Assembly (NCBI GenBank): GCA_043228905.1
Contig: JBHGNT010000006.1
Span: 13,702,001 to 13,766,000 of the forward strand
Reading direction: 5' to 3'
DNA length: 64,000 bases
Source: Azolla caroliniana
Taxonomy: Eukaryota > Plantae > Polypodiophyta
The notes below the pieces were generated by a model. It saw only the letters and a list, made by a program, of their open reading frames with translations. It was not told where the DNA came from and ran no database searches. The translations under genes were made by a program, and so were the position numbers. Positions 10,983 through 23,440 of this stretch are shown here, one piece after another; the stretch's first letter is position 1; each line of letters opens with the position of its first letter.

Positions 10983-13920
10983 TTACCTGACTCGTTTGTG
11001 CTAGTGTCGTACTCTGGCATCTTCTTCTGCCCCTTCTCTTTGCGCGTGAACCTTCTCCTCAGTTCGTACCCTAGGAAAGCATGGTCGAGTCTCCACTACT
11101 CGTCGGCTCTTCATCTGACTGGTCATTCCAACTCAGTCGTTCATTCAACCCTGTTAGCCGGAATGAGATCGATCTCTCATCTAGAGTACCGAATCCTTGT
11201 TCATCTTCTGCCCAGATTGTTTTGGGTTTACTGGCCTCATCCTCCGGATTTGGGTTGGAGTCGGACATCGGAGCCGGTAGAGAGTACCATGATGCCGACT
11301 CAACAAATTCAAGATCTCAGCTCACTTGAACTTGTTTTGTTCGGGGTTTATAGCACTTATAACCCTTTTGCTCATGTGAGTAGCCGAAAAAGGTGCATTT
11401 CTCCGACTTTGGCTCCAACTTCCTTTGCTTCTCATCTGGTACCTACATATAGGCTATGCTACCGAATATCCTAAGGTGCCTCAAGTTCGTCTTCCGCCCA
11501 AAATACAACTCGTGTGTTGACACCTTATCCCCGATTCTGTTTTTGGATGTAGACGGTCGTCCGCAACGCTTCAGCCCAGTAGAACTTGGGCATGCTCTTT
11601 TCTTCCAACATTGCCTGTGCCGCTTCCACAACCGACCGATTCTTTCTTTCGGCTACGTCATTTTGCTCTGGCATATACCTGCAACTGAATTCGCGCCGAA
11701 TTCCCATTTGTTTCAGATAACTATTGAATTAGCCGAAAAAGTACTCTTTTCCTCCATCCGACCATAGGCACTTGATCTTCCTCCTTGTTTCCCTTTCGAG
11801 AAGATTTTTGAGGTTCCGAAAAGAGTCGAAGACTTCACTCTTCTTTTTGATGAGGTAGATCCATGTGTGTTGGATGTAGTCGTCATTGAAGGAGACGAAA
11901 TATCGACTCCTGCCAAGACTCACATTCTGTGCCGGTCCCCATACATCTAAATGTATCAAGTCGAGCTTATTTCGGCTCCGATTAGGCTCGTTGGGGAAAG
12001 GAAGTCGTTGTTGCTTCCCTAGCTAGTAGGCTTCACAAATTTGGGCCTTTCAACCATTGAATTTCGGCAATCCGAACACAACTTGTTTCAATTATAGGTC
12101 CTAAAGCCCTTGGTAGTTGACGTGGCCTATCCGCTAATGCCATAACTCGATATTCGACTCAACTTTTTGCCCTTTCACGAACATGGCGATGCCTACGTCA
12201 TTAGTGTCGAGGATGAACATCCTCCCATCTCTGCTCCCTTGCGCAATAACTTGGCCTTCTTCCTCGATGAAGCACCCGAGATGCGTGAACCGGACTTGCA
12301 TCCCCTGGTCGATGATCTGTCCGACCGACACCAGATTCTTCGTAATTGTCGGGATGTGTAGCACGTTCATTATCTTCCCTTTTTGCCCGACATGGTTGAG
12401 GGGAACTTCACCAATATGTGCAATCGGATGCGGAGTGTCGACTCCTGTTGCGACTACTCCCGGTTGTTCCGGTTTTTCTAGATATGAGAACTAGTCTTTA
12501 TGGCTCGTCATATGGTTTGACGCTCCGGAGTCAACGTACCACACTTCGTTCGATTTCGGGGTGGTCTTCTTCATCAAGTTCACTTCGTGTCTTGTCACGA
12601 AGGCTGCACCCTTTCCGACTTTTTCGGATCCTTCCGTGTAGTGCGACTGCTACCGATTTCCTTGTTCGGTCCTTCCAAATCTGGATCCGGATCTGGTTTT
12701 CTCCGAATCAACGTGCTTCTTCCAGCACTCGCTCTCCTTGTGACCTTTCTTGCCACAATACCAGCATTCTGCGGCATGTTTCTCTTGTCGGTTCTTGCCG
12801 CCTCCTCAACTCCCCCTACTTCCGGAGAGTCCGGAATTGTTGTGGGCATCACCACGATGCCTTCTTCCTTGCTCCCGTCGGCCGTCTCCATTGCGTGCCA
12901 ACACGCCTCGTCCGCCATGATCACGGGGCCTATCTCCCTCCGTGTACAACATCTTGTTGTCGGCCTGTGTACTCGTCAACGAAGCCACGTGATTCTCCTC
13001 TACAAGGAGCATCGACTGCAAGTCGAAAAACGACGGCGTATTCTCCCTAGTACAAACAGCACTTCGCAATGCTCCGAACATCGACACTAAGCCTCCGAGA
13101 CAGATCTACACCATTTTGCCCTCCTCAACATTCACATCGATGGAGGCGAGGGAGTCATAGATATCCTTTATCTCGGAGGTGTAGTCAGCCACCATCATTT
13201 CGCGTTGACGCACATTGCTAAACTCTTGTCGGAGTTGGATCTTCCTCATTGTGGTGCTTGCGGCGAATATCTTTTTCAAATTTCCCCAAGCATCCTTGAG
13301 CGTTCTTGCATCCCGAATGTAGCTCAAGAGTTGTTCGCTCACACAAGACGTGAAGTAGTAGAGAACTCTACTCGCCGACTGTTCCCAGGTCAGGAAGTCT
13401 CTATGTGTCGATTCGGGTGCTACATCATTCACTCCATTGACATAGCTCCAGTATCCATGTCCGAGCAGGTACTGGTGCATCTTGTACGATCAAGATGCGT
13501 AGTTACTTCTATCGAGCTTCTCAGTTGGAAACGAACTAGCCATACCTCTATCCATTTTTTTCTTTCTGTTCTTCAACGAGATTAGGTTTTTTTTTGTTTC
13601 AAGCTGAAGTCGGCTGTAGAGGTTCTCAACCCTTGCGCTCTGATACCATGTGAAATGTTACGTGCGGAAGCTATATGAAACACAGAATACCAACAGGGAA
13701 AAACAGGTTTAATGGAGAGCTTAAGACACGATGTACGCGAGAGAGATAGAGAGGGATTTAACACAGAGAAAAACTAAATTCAAATAATGTGTAAACTCTA
13801 TACATAGGATGTGCTCAAAGGGCACTTTTATACAAGTCCATACAGACTAACATAAGTACTAACACGTACTTCAATGGTCATAACTGAGCTCCTACACTAA
13901 CTCCTAAATATATTCCCTCG
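10983..13920 (-). mobile_element. Truncated Ty1/copia element, family 1 (partial LTR, gag, PR, IN)
   Basis: PBS gctctgatacca at 13637-13648 and partial LTR at 13649-~13910, related to the 4042-4404 LTR. Gag ORFs 13106-13480 and 12806-13087, protease WYVDSGASNHM and integrase are present. RT/RH are absent. Confidence 0.92.
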
Positions 13921-13923
13921 CGG

Positions 13924-16900
13924 ATATTTCACAGACTACGAGTGGGCGATGTAGTACGTCAACTCAAACAAGAAAGTGATACTTATAACTACTAGAGCTA
14001 AGGGTGATGCCCAACTTGCTAAAGACCGACCTTTCTTCTACAAACGTATATTGCGATTGGACTACGAAGATCATGATTCCCATAATCTTATATTATTAGT
14101 GGATTCAACAAAGGGTGTATGTAAAATGTACATCTTAGAGGAAAGGCTAATCAAAGAAGCTTGCAGACCTGAGGCCTTCAAGTTGGCAATTGAGACTACA
14201 ATCAACATATAGACAAGGTCATGTGATGTTGAGAGAGCCATCCCCCTCTCCGGTGACGGTAACACCCAAGAAAGCGCCCACACACTTGAGGCCTCCGAAG
14301 AAGAACTTAGTGACAAAAATGTAAGAGTCATCATCCTCAAGCTCTATAGATGATGAGGAGGCTCAGACAACACTAGGGGCAGAATTAGCATTTGGTGTCT
14401 TGTCATCCGAGTAAAATATTATTAGAAGGGAGATAATTCAGAGGAAGCTTGTCCGTAAAGGCCATCTTTTTAACCTCCCTATCACACATATCCACTGACA
14501 ACCATTGGACGAGAGGACTGGACGTCGCCCGCTTCAAATTAGAGAACCTCACAAGTTGCACGTCCAGAACCTTAAGAAGAAGATGAAGATCAACCCCCAC
14601 GTGATAGTAGTACCATTCATTGTAATGGTTTATTCAGAGTAGTGTACAACAACGGAAGACTTCGATGTTCGAAAACACAATCAATATAACTACTTCGTCA
14701 TCGGGGGATCACATTCAGCCGAAGGTAGAAGGCAACTCGTTAGAGAACACCCCACAACATTCTTTTTCAAGTACGTTGAATGTAAAATATATTTGGGTCT
14801 ACAGTTGAAGAGGGCAAGTTGTTAGCCTGGGATCACAACAATGACAATGACTATAGACAAAAAAATGTCATTGATCGAGTGTTACAATAGGTGCTTCCAC
14901 CATGAATATCTCGACATTAAGGAAAAATTTGGACCTAAGCTACATTCAGGTCTTCGATGTGAATGTCTTCATGAAGTTGGAATTGTGGTTGTTATGGGCA
15001 TGACCATATAATATCCTGTGGTGAGAATTTACCGTAGTATTCTATACATGTGGAGAAGTGTGAGGGTTAAACGAGAGTGTAAAGAAGAAGAGGATTACTT
15101 TTAATCCTCGGGATTGAGACAACCCATTAGGCCAAGTGTGAACTTGCCCGGGGGCCTTGGGTATCGCTATAAATAAGAGGCCTAGCTACCCTCATTTGAT
15201 CATCTTTTGAATACATCGAGACTCTTTTCTTGTGGTGGGTTAACTCTTGTAGCGAGCGCGCCAGCACTAGGTACGACTCGACGCCACGACGGTGGTATGG
15301 GACGCCGATCGAGGCTCGAGTCTGTCTCAATCCCTTTGCTCAAGGGTCTTCGGGTGGATCGGCACCCTTCTTTCTCTCTCTCCTTTCTATTTATCTATCT
15401 ATATTCTATCCTTATCTAATGCTTACATTAGTTCATGTCTCTAATAGTTGGTATCCGAGCTAATGTGTTAATGTTTCATTTGTTATCTTTTGTTTTGTTG
15501 ATTGATGGTGATCGATCGATGTGTGGTCGGCCTTGATCCAGACAATGATCAACAAAGGAACTTCGATAACTCTTTCCATATTTTTTTTCTATTTTTTCTT
15601 CTCCCATCTAATCATGTGTATAGTCTATATGTATGAATTGTTTTCATTAATTCAATGATGGTGTAGTGGTAATTAATTGGTTGTATAAAATGTTTACATA
15701 TGTGTATGAGGTCAATACCTCATTTGACATATATTTAATATGTGATTAGTGTCGTATGCATACGAGGTTAATACCTCAATTGCGTATTACGCTCACATAC
15801 ATATGTTACGTATGCGTATGAGGTCAATACCTCGATTTTGTTGTAAATTATATGTGTTTGGTGTCGTATGCATATGAGGTCAATACCTCAATTGCGTATT
15901 ACGATTAACCCTTATTTTTGGATGTTTCGTGTGCGTAGAGGCTACATGCCTCGATTACGTGTCTCGATTTCATCATATGTTGGCTATTTGATGTTATGAT
16001 TTTTTTTAATATACGCATATGGTCACGTGTATACGTATTTGATTGTATATATGTGATAAATAAACATATGTGTATATTTGATATTACGTGATCTTTATAT
16101 CGAATGTTTTCCTTTTCGGGGAAAGGATCTTGGTGGTTGTCCTCACATTTTTGTGAGAATGGCGTTGTCACCATCCCTTTTTTCAACAATTTTTTATTGT
16201 TGACATTCCTGTTGGTGACTTCGATTTTATTACGTAAAGAAATGCCTATAGCCACAATGATGTTGAGAATGTAGGGCTTGACCCACTTCATGTGAGATCA
16301 TGGATATCCAACATATCCAACATCCCTCCCTCATTACATGGATATGATGCCACCATGAGATCATTCTTACGAAAGGCATTCATAATGACGTAACCATATG
16401 ATGGGCCACGTGGGCCTACTACGAAAAGAGGGTTCATTTGGCTTGATCATTTGGTTGCACTTTGGTGTATGTCATCATAATTACGAGACTTGAGGTTAGG
16501 TAATGTACCAACATATTTTGTAGTAAACAAGGGGGAAATAAGGACTCTTGACATATATGTTTCTTTTAAAAAAACATATATGGGCAAATGCCTCGCATAT
16601 CTCTTATATGCATGAAGCATTAAACATTCAAGAAGAGCAACCTACTTCGTTGGCTCAAGTGTTTAATGCATTTGTTCTCGAGGTCTTGAGTTCAAATATG
16701 ACCAAGACCATACAACATCATTGATACATATTACTATAACACATGTTTAGACTTGAGGTCTAAGTGCATTTTGGGTCCTCGTAATAGGACTTAAAGATCC
16801 GAAACGACATATGTGGGCACAGAAACATAGTTTATTGTTAACATTTTTTTCGTGTATAAACTACTCATGACGTGAACATACATGGTTGAGCCTCGGGAAG

Positions 16901-19900
16901 CCGCCATGAAAAAATTGATATAGAGATCAGGGAAAGACATTAATTTGTCACCCCCATGGTTTTTAAAACACCTTTGTGTTACCATAGTAACCTGATCTTG
17001 AACCTCATCTCATACGTCTAGAGGGGTATTGACGTGAGATCATGATATCGATTAATGTTTGCCCATGATATGTTTACATCACAATATGATGTTATGACTA
17101 TTTGTCTAACCTTATCCAATTTCTTTGCTAGAAATCACCATTCAATGGCTCAAAATAACGACCCGATGTCATCTGCTCAAGCGGAAGGAACCCAAGCAAA
17201 TCCTCTTGGACAAATCTCCATTGAGATGTATTTTTCGCAAATAACCCAATACCTTAGTTTCACCGCTCAAAAAATGACAGAACTTCAGCAATCTCAAAGT
17301 GCAAAGTTCTCTTGAGGCACGTGTCATTAGTTTACAACGTGAGACTAATAGACCTCACGAGGGACAGGGTGAACCATCGTTTGTCGTTAAGCCATTTACG
17401 GGAGAAAAAAAGGAAAGAACCGAAGAAGCAATCTCCACGTGGTTGGGCCTGATGGGAGTCTCATTTTGAGCTCTATCCCACGCCGGATAGTACGAAGATT
17501 GCATATGTCGGCTGAGAACTAAGGGGTAAGGCCGCTGCCTGGTGTTGTGTGCTCCGTACTTTGGGGAAATTGCCCGATACCTGGACGGATTTTGTCACAA
17601 TTTTTAAGGGCCAATTTCTACAACCTCCCTCTCAAACGGAGGTAGCACAAGCCAATGATTTAAGTAATTTTCAATGTTCTTTCCCTCACTATGTATTGGG
17701 TCCCAATGATTTACTACGTGCAAACGGGTATATCAATGGATCTCCCGTACAATTTTTGTTTGATTCGAGAAGCTCACACAACTTTGTGAATGATTGTTTG
17801 GTTCAGATATGGGGAATTCAACCCATCGTAAGTGATCACACCTATGCGGTGCACTTGGCTGATGGAAGAGTACAATACATCACCGGGGCGATTCATTCAT
17901 TAGGAATTTCTATTGATACTTATATAGAGGAAATAGACTTCCATGTAATGAATCTTTGTACCACTGATGTAATATTGGGTTATCCTTGATACTTATCTAT
18001 TGATTGGGTTCATCATTCAATTACATTTGTACTGAACGACTATACTCAATTTATTCAATGTGTAAAAAAACAATCCCTCTCGATTGTTTCCGAGTTGTCT
18101 TGTTCTACTCTATTTTATTGTGTACTTGATCCGGACATTCACGTTTACAATATTGATAATGTCTCAGTTCAATTAACATATTTTGAACAACAACAACTTG
18201 ATGAAATCTTAAATGATTTTCGTGATGTTTTTCCGAGTGAACTACCAGATGGGTTACCTCCTAAACATAATATAGACCATCATATAGATATTGTACCTGG
18301 CGTTGCACCAATAAGTATACCTCCTTATCGCTTAAGTCAATCCGAAGAGGATGAGGTATCTAAGCAACTCAAGGACTATTTACGAATGGGTTATATACGT
18401 TATAGTAAATCTCCATGGGGTGCACTAGTTCTCTTGGTTAAAAAGAAAGAGGGCATATGGCGTATGTGTATTAATTACCGACGCTTGAATAAAGTGACGA
18501 TCAAGAATTCGTATCCATTGCCCCGGGCTGACAATCTAATTGACCGTCTCCAGGGAGCTCAGTATTTTACGAAACTTGATCTCCGTACTCGCTACCATCA
18601 AATTCGTATAAGTGAGGACGATGTTCCTAAAACGACATTTCATACGCACTATGGCCATTATGAGTTTTTGGTTATGCCTTTTGGTTTGACCAATGCTCCA
18701 GCTACATTTCAACAAGAAATGAATGACATTTTCCAAGAACAACTTGGAAAAAATTTCATTATTTTCTTGGATGATATTTTAGTTTATAGCCGTACATTAC
18801 AAGAACGTGCTAAACATGTCCGCTTTATTTTACAAACATTGCGTGACAAACAGTTTTATGCGAAGATCTCAAAATGTGAGTTCTTCAAGAAATCAATTAC
18901 TTATCTTGGACATCTTATAACCGAACGAGGAGTTGAAATTGATCCTTCTTGCATCAAGAAAATCAAGCTTTGGCCTACTCTTTGGAATATTCGAGAAGTT
19001 TGATCATTCCTTGCTTTTGTCGGGCTTTTGCAAAAATCCCTTCATAATTACTCCCAATTGACGACGCCGTTTACTGATCTTCTAAAAGGTCAAATGTGTA
19101 AGTCTACAAAACCTATTGTCTGGAATGCTACACTAGACCTCACCTTTAAGGAACTCAAGGACCTAGTGTGCAAGGCTCATTCACTTCTTTTACCTGATCC
19201 TTCAAAACCTTTTGAGGTTGAAACCGATGCAAGCGATTATGCTATAGGTGTTGCCTTATATCAAGATGGTAAACCAATAGCATTCGAGAGTAAGAAACTT
19301 GATTCTGCTCAATGTCAGTATACCGTTCAAGAAAAGGAATTATTTGTAGTTATACATGCACTCAAAACATGGAGCCATTATCTTTATGGAAATCGCTTTG
19401 TGGCAACTACGGACCATGAGTCCTTGAAGTATTTTTGTGACCAACAAGACCTGAAAGGTCGTAAGGCACGATGGGCTGATCTCATCCAGGACTTTGATTT
19501 TTCCATACGATACCGTAAAGGTTCCATAAACACTGTCGTCGATGCAATAAGTTGCATCCGTGAAGTTAACATGCTTAGCTTCACTAAAATATCATCAGAT
19601 CTTTATGATCACCTTCGAGGAAAGTATCTTGATGACAGTTATTTTGCAAAATACTAGGCAAGAGTTGAGTCTGGAACAAACACCACCACATCCTCGAAGG
19701 AATACTTCCACATTGCTAACGGTCTGCTCTATCGTAATGGGAAGGTTTGTGTTCCAGATTTTCCTGAGGTCAAAAAGAGAATTCATTTTCAATGCCATGA
19801 TGCACCCTCAGCGGCGCACCCTGGAATACATCGTACACTCGTTCTCATCTCCACTCAATTTTATTGGCCTAAGATGCGTCCTGACATACATAGTTATGTG

Positions 19901-22900
19901 ACTAAATGTCCCCAATGTCAGGTTAACAAAGCCGAGCGACTTAAAGCCGTAGGACTTTTACATCCCTTGGACATTCCCAATAATAAGTGGGAAAGTATAT
20001 CCATGGATTTTATTGTTAGCCTTCCTCGCACCCAAAAAGGCTATGATGCCATCTGGGTTGTGGTTGATAGACTAACTAAAATGGCCAGAGTTATTGCTAC
20101 TAAAACCACAGTAACAGCTCCTGAGGCTTACCAATTCGTTGACAAGTTATTTCGTTTTTATGGGTTACCGATAGATATCGTGAGTGATCGAGATCCAAAG
20201 TTTACTAGTGACTTCTGGACGCAAGTCTTTAAGAAGTTAGAAACTACATTGAGCATGAGCTCCACGGATCATCCTCAATCCGATGGACAAACAGAACGAG
20301 TAAATCAAATTATTGAGGGCATGCTTCATGCATATGTTGGTACAAAACCAACAAAATGGGAACGTTATCTCCCAATTTTAGAGTTTGCTTATAACGGCTC
20401 CAAGCATACGTCGACGGGACATAGCCCTTTTATGTTGATGTATGGTTTTCAGCCACGAGCCCCAATTGATGTTAATATACATCATGATGAATTGCGAAGT
20501 ACGCAAAACTTTCTTCGAGATATGCAAGATATGTTGCATATTGCACGAGATAATATAAAAACAGCTCAAGATAGAGTGCGTCTTTATGCCGATCATAATA
20601 GGCAAACTCATGTATTCAACCCTAGACAGAAGGTATTTTTACGTGTACCTCACAATTCTAAGACATTGTCTAAGGGTAAGTGTGCTAAGTTAGCCCCACG
20701 GTTTTGTGGACCTTTTACAGTCCTCAAATGCATTGGGTCATCAACCTATCATCTCGCTCTTCCCGATGGTGTTGAAATTCATCTAGTTTCTCATGTGAGT
20801 CATCTAAAAGAATTTCTAGGTTTTGGCGACAATACAGTACCACATGTACTAGAAAGAATTCTCGATGTTAAAACAAAAAAATTACGTACTAAAGAAATCT
20901 GAGAATTTAAAATAAAGTGGATGGATAAATCAATAAAAGATGCCACATGGGAACGCGAAAATACTCTTAGAACTAACTTCCCTAACTTTCCATTGCAAGA
21001 GTGCAATGTTTTAAAGAGGGGGGAGAGTATGTTACGGGCATGACCATATAATATCCCATGGTGAGAATTTACCATAGTATTCTATACACATGGATAAGTG
21101 TGAGGGTTAAACGAGTGTAAAGAAGGGGAGGATTACTTTTAATCCTCGGGGTTGAGACAACCCATTAGGCCAAGTGTGAACTTGCTTGGGGGCCTTGGGT
21201 ATCCCTATAAATAAGAGGCCTAGCTACGCTCATTTGATAATCTTTTGACTACATCGAGACTCTGTTCTTGTGGTGAGTCAACTCTTGTAGCAAGCGCGCC
21301 AGCATCAAGTACGACTCGACGCCATGGCGGTGGTATGGGACGTCGATCGAGGCTCGAGTTCGTCTCGATCTGTTCGCTCGGGGGTGGTCGGGTGGATCGG
21401 CACCCTTCTTTCTCCCTCTCCTTTCTATCTATCTATCTATATTCTCTCCTTATCTAATGCTTACATTAGTTCATGTCTCTAATAGTGGTTGACGACACCA
21501 TGAAGTCTAATGACATAAGAAAGTATGAGTTGTGGCTCTAGCTAGCTTTTAGAGATGGTGAAGTCTGGGATTTACAAGACCAGATTTTCACCATGTGGGA
21601 GAACAAAGAGGTCAAAGGTCAAAGGCAAAAAAAGTCTAAAGTGAATCTGCAACTTGAGTTAAAGCCAAATGAGGCAAAGAAGATTGACCTGACCATCGAG
21701 GAAGCCGCCGACGACATGAAGTTGTCTCTATGGAGAGCGATGCAAGGAATTAAAGAGCGGCAGCTTCTCGTGTCAGTCCTATCATGGGTCGTGGTGAAAG
21801 AGCTATCGCTTGAAGAAATGGTCATAGAATTCAGCAAGTATCATTTTTTGGTGTGACATGTGTTCCCCTTTTATTTTTGTTAAGTTCTAAAATTTGCTTT
21901 TGTTTCTTTAGTCACAAGGTTTACATGAAAATCCAAGAGGTGATGATGAAACAACTAGGTTGCTTATCCTCGGAACAAGTGACGGAGGACTATCCAACAA
22001 TGTCTTTGTACAAGGCTTTGATGGAATATTTCATTGCATTTAAGGATTGGGTATGTTTTTCATGCCTAATTGTCATTTTAGTACATTGTATAGTAACAAT
22101 ATTAAATAACTAATCTTTATATTGCTTGGTAAATGTCAAAACCATGTCATAGGAAAAAGCTTGAACCATGAGGTTAAAGACATTCACGACTTTCCAACAT
22201 CCTTTCTTGCACATCTGGAGAGGACCCAAAAAGAAAAGGACTGCCGCCTTATAAAGGTGTACGACGCTAACGATGACGGCATCTTAAAAAAATTTAGCTA
22301 CAAGAAAGATATCACCCGAGATCTGTACTACAACATTTATTACGGTGATGTAGCAAAGATGATCCTAAAGCTGCCGAAGAAAGAGTACACACTCTTGATT
22401 GCGAACATACCATATGGCTTTCGCATGGTAGGATCATCCATAGGACATACCGTATGGCTTTCGCATGAACCATTTCTATTAAAATGGTTAATGAAAATGG
22501 TCAAGGACTTTGCAGAATTGACCACAACATCCTTATGGCGGATCGTCATGTTTCATTCGATGGATCAAGGATATTTTGTGGCACAAACCTTGAGATCTTG
22601 ATGCCATGGTATCGACAACTTCGCTTGGTAAGATTTGTATTTGCATTGATCAAGTATTATTTAAAGGCCTTTCAACTGTTTATATACAGTTCTTATTATG
22701 GTTTTTGGTTTTTAACTTTACTTGGCAAGATTAAAACCAACGTGAACAGAGAGAGGACCGACGTTTTGGTTCATCAGTGCAATTGAATACATCATAGTTG
22801 GCTATTTCGATGAAATAGGAGCATTCGAATGAGATTGGGGGTTCTACTCTGCTAGTTTATCCAATACTGACTCGTAAGTTGAGACATGTCACTACAACAG

Positions 22901-23440
22901 AATGTGGTCTTGTCAATCCTTGCAATATTGATCATTATGGTATAGGATGCTCGAAACTTCTTATGAAGCTAAGTCATTTCTTTAATATGTAACAAGTACA
23001 ACATCAACATGTGTGTTGAAACTCTTTCGCAATTTTGTTGCCTTGAAGAAGGACGAGGAGCAAGTAAGTTTTATAAACATGAGGATCAAAGCATTGTGGG
23101 AATGCCCGGATCAAGATGAGGAGGTCAAGGCAAAAGCACATCACCAATACTGAACATTTTCAAAATGCTTCTCGTCAACTGATTCCTCCATTGGCTAGTG
23201 AACCTGGGGAGCTTATTGAGCTCGATGATGAACTTTTAGAGGACCCCACTATTGCCAGCCTATCTGGAGTGAATTCCAATGCACATGATTTGGATGAGAG
23301 TCCTAAAAACAACGATAAGGAGAATGATCATGATACCTTGATTTTGGTGTTAGAATATAAATACACATTTACACGTTACCAATGTTTTGATAATATTGGA
23401 CTGTTGTCAATTACACATTGTAATGTAGTACACTAATGTT
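13924..23440 (+). pseudogene. Intron-containing ParB/Srx-like domain plus beta-class DNA amino-methyltransferase pseudogene, copy 1 (interrupted by the gypsy element at 14990-21484)
   Basis: 14470-14860 encodes IREPHKLHVQNLKKKMKINPHVIVVPFIV...YFVIGGSHSAEGRRQL...CKIY(L)GL-TVEEGKLLAWDHN. 22340-22460 encodes YYGD..MILKLP...LLIA(N/D)IPYG. 22620-22810 encodes AW/IKTN...EYIIVGYF. 22995-23090 encodes TTSTCVLKLFRNFVALKKDEEQVSFINMRI. GT-AG introns at 21838-21911, ~22051-22152 and ~22628-22728. Confidence 0.75.
14990..21484 (+). mobile_element. Near full-length Ty3/gypsy chromovirus with both LTRs and TSD GTGGT
   Basis: LTRs at 14990-15446 and 21030-21484, TSD GTGGT (14985-14989 and 21485-21489), PBS TGGTATCCGAGC (15449-15460), PPT AAAGAGGGGGGAGAG. 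Contains PR (LFDSRSSHNF), RT (YPLPR..FLDDILVYS), RH (VETDASDYAIG), IN (SMDFIVSLP..PQSDGQTERVN) and a chromodomain (ERILD...IKW...ATWE). Several stops. Confidence 0.97.

Noticed and set aside
10409-10990. Novel gag-integrase fusion gene
   Set aside because: Chance in-frame junction of two decayed copia fragments, with an upstream gag that is broken.
13924-23440. Bacterial or phage contamination as the source of the ParB-MTase
   Set aside because: The gene has GT-AG introns, a plant chromovirus insertion with TSD and deamination-type decay.
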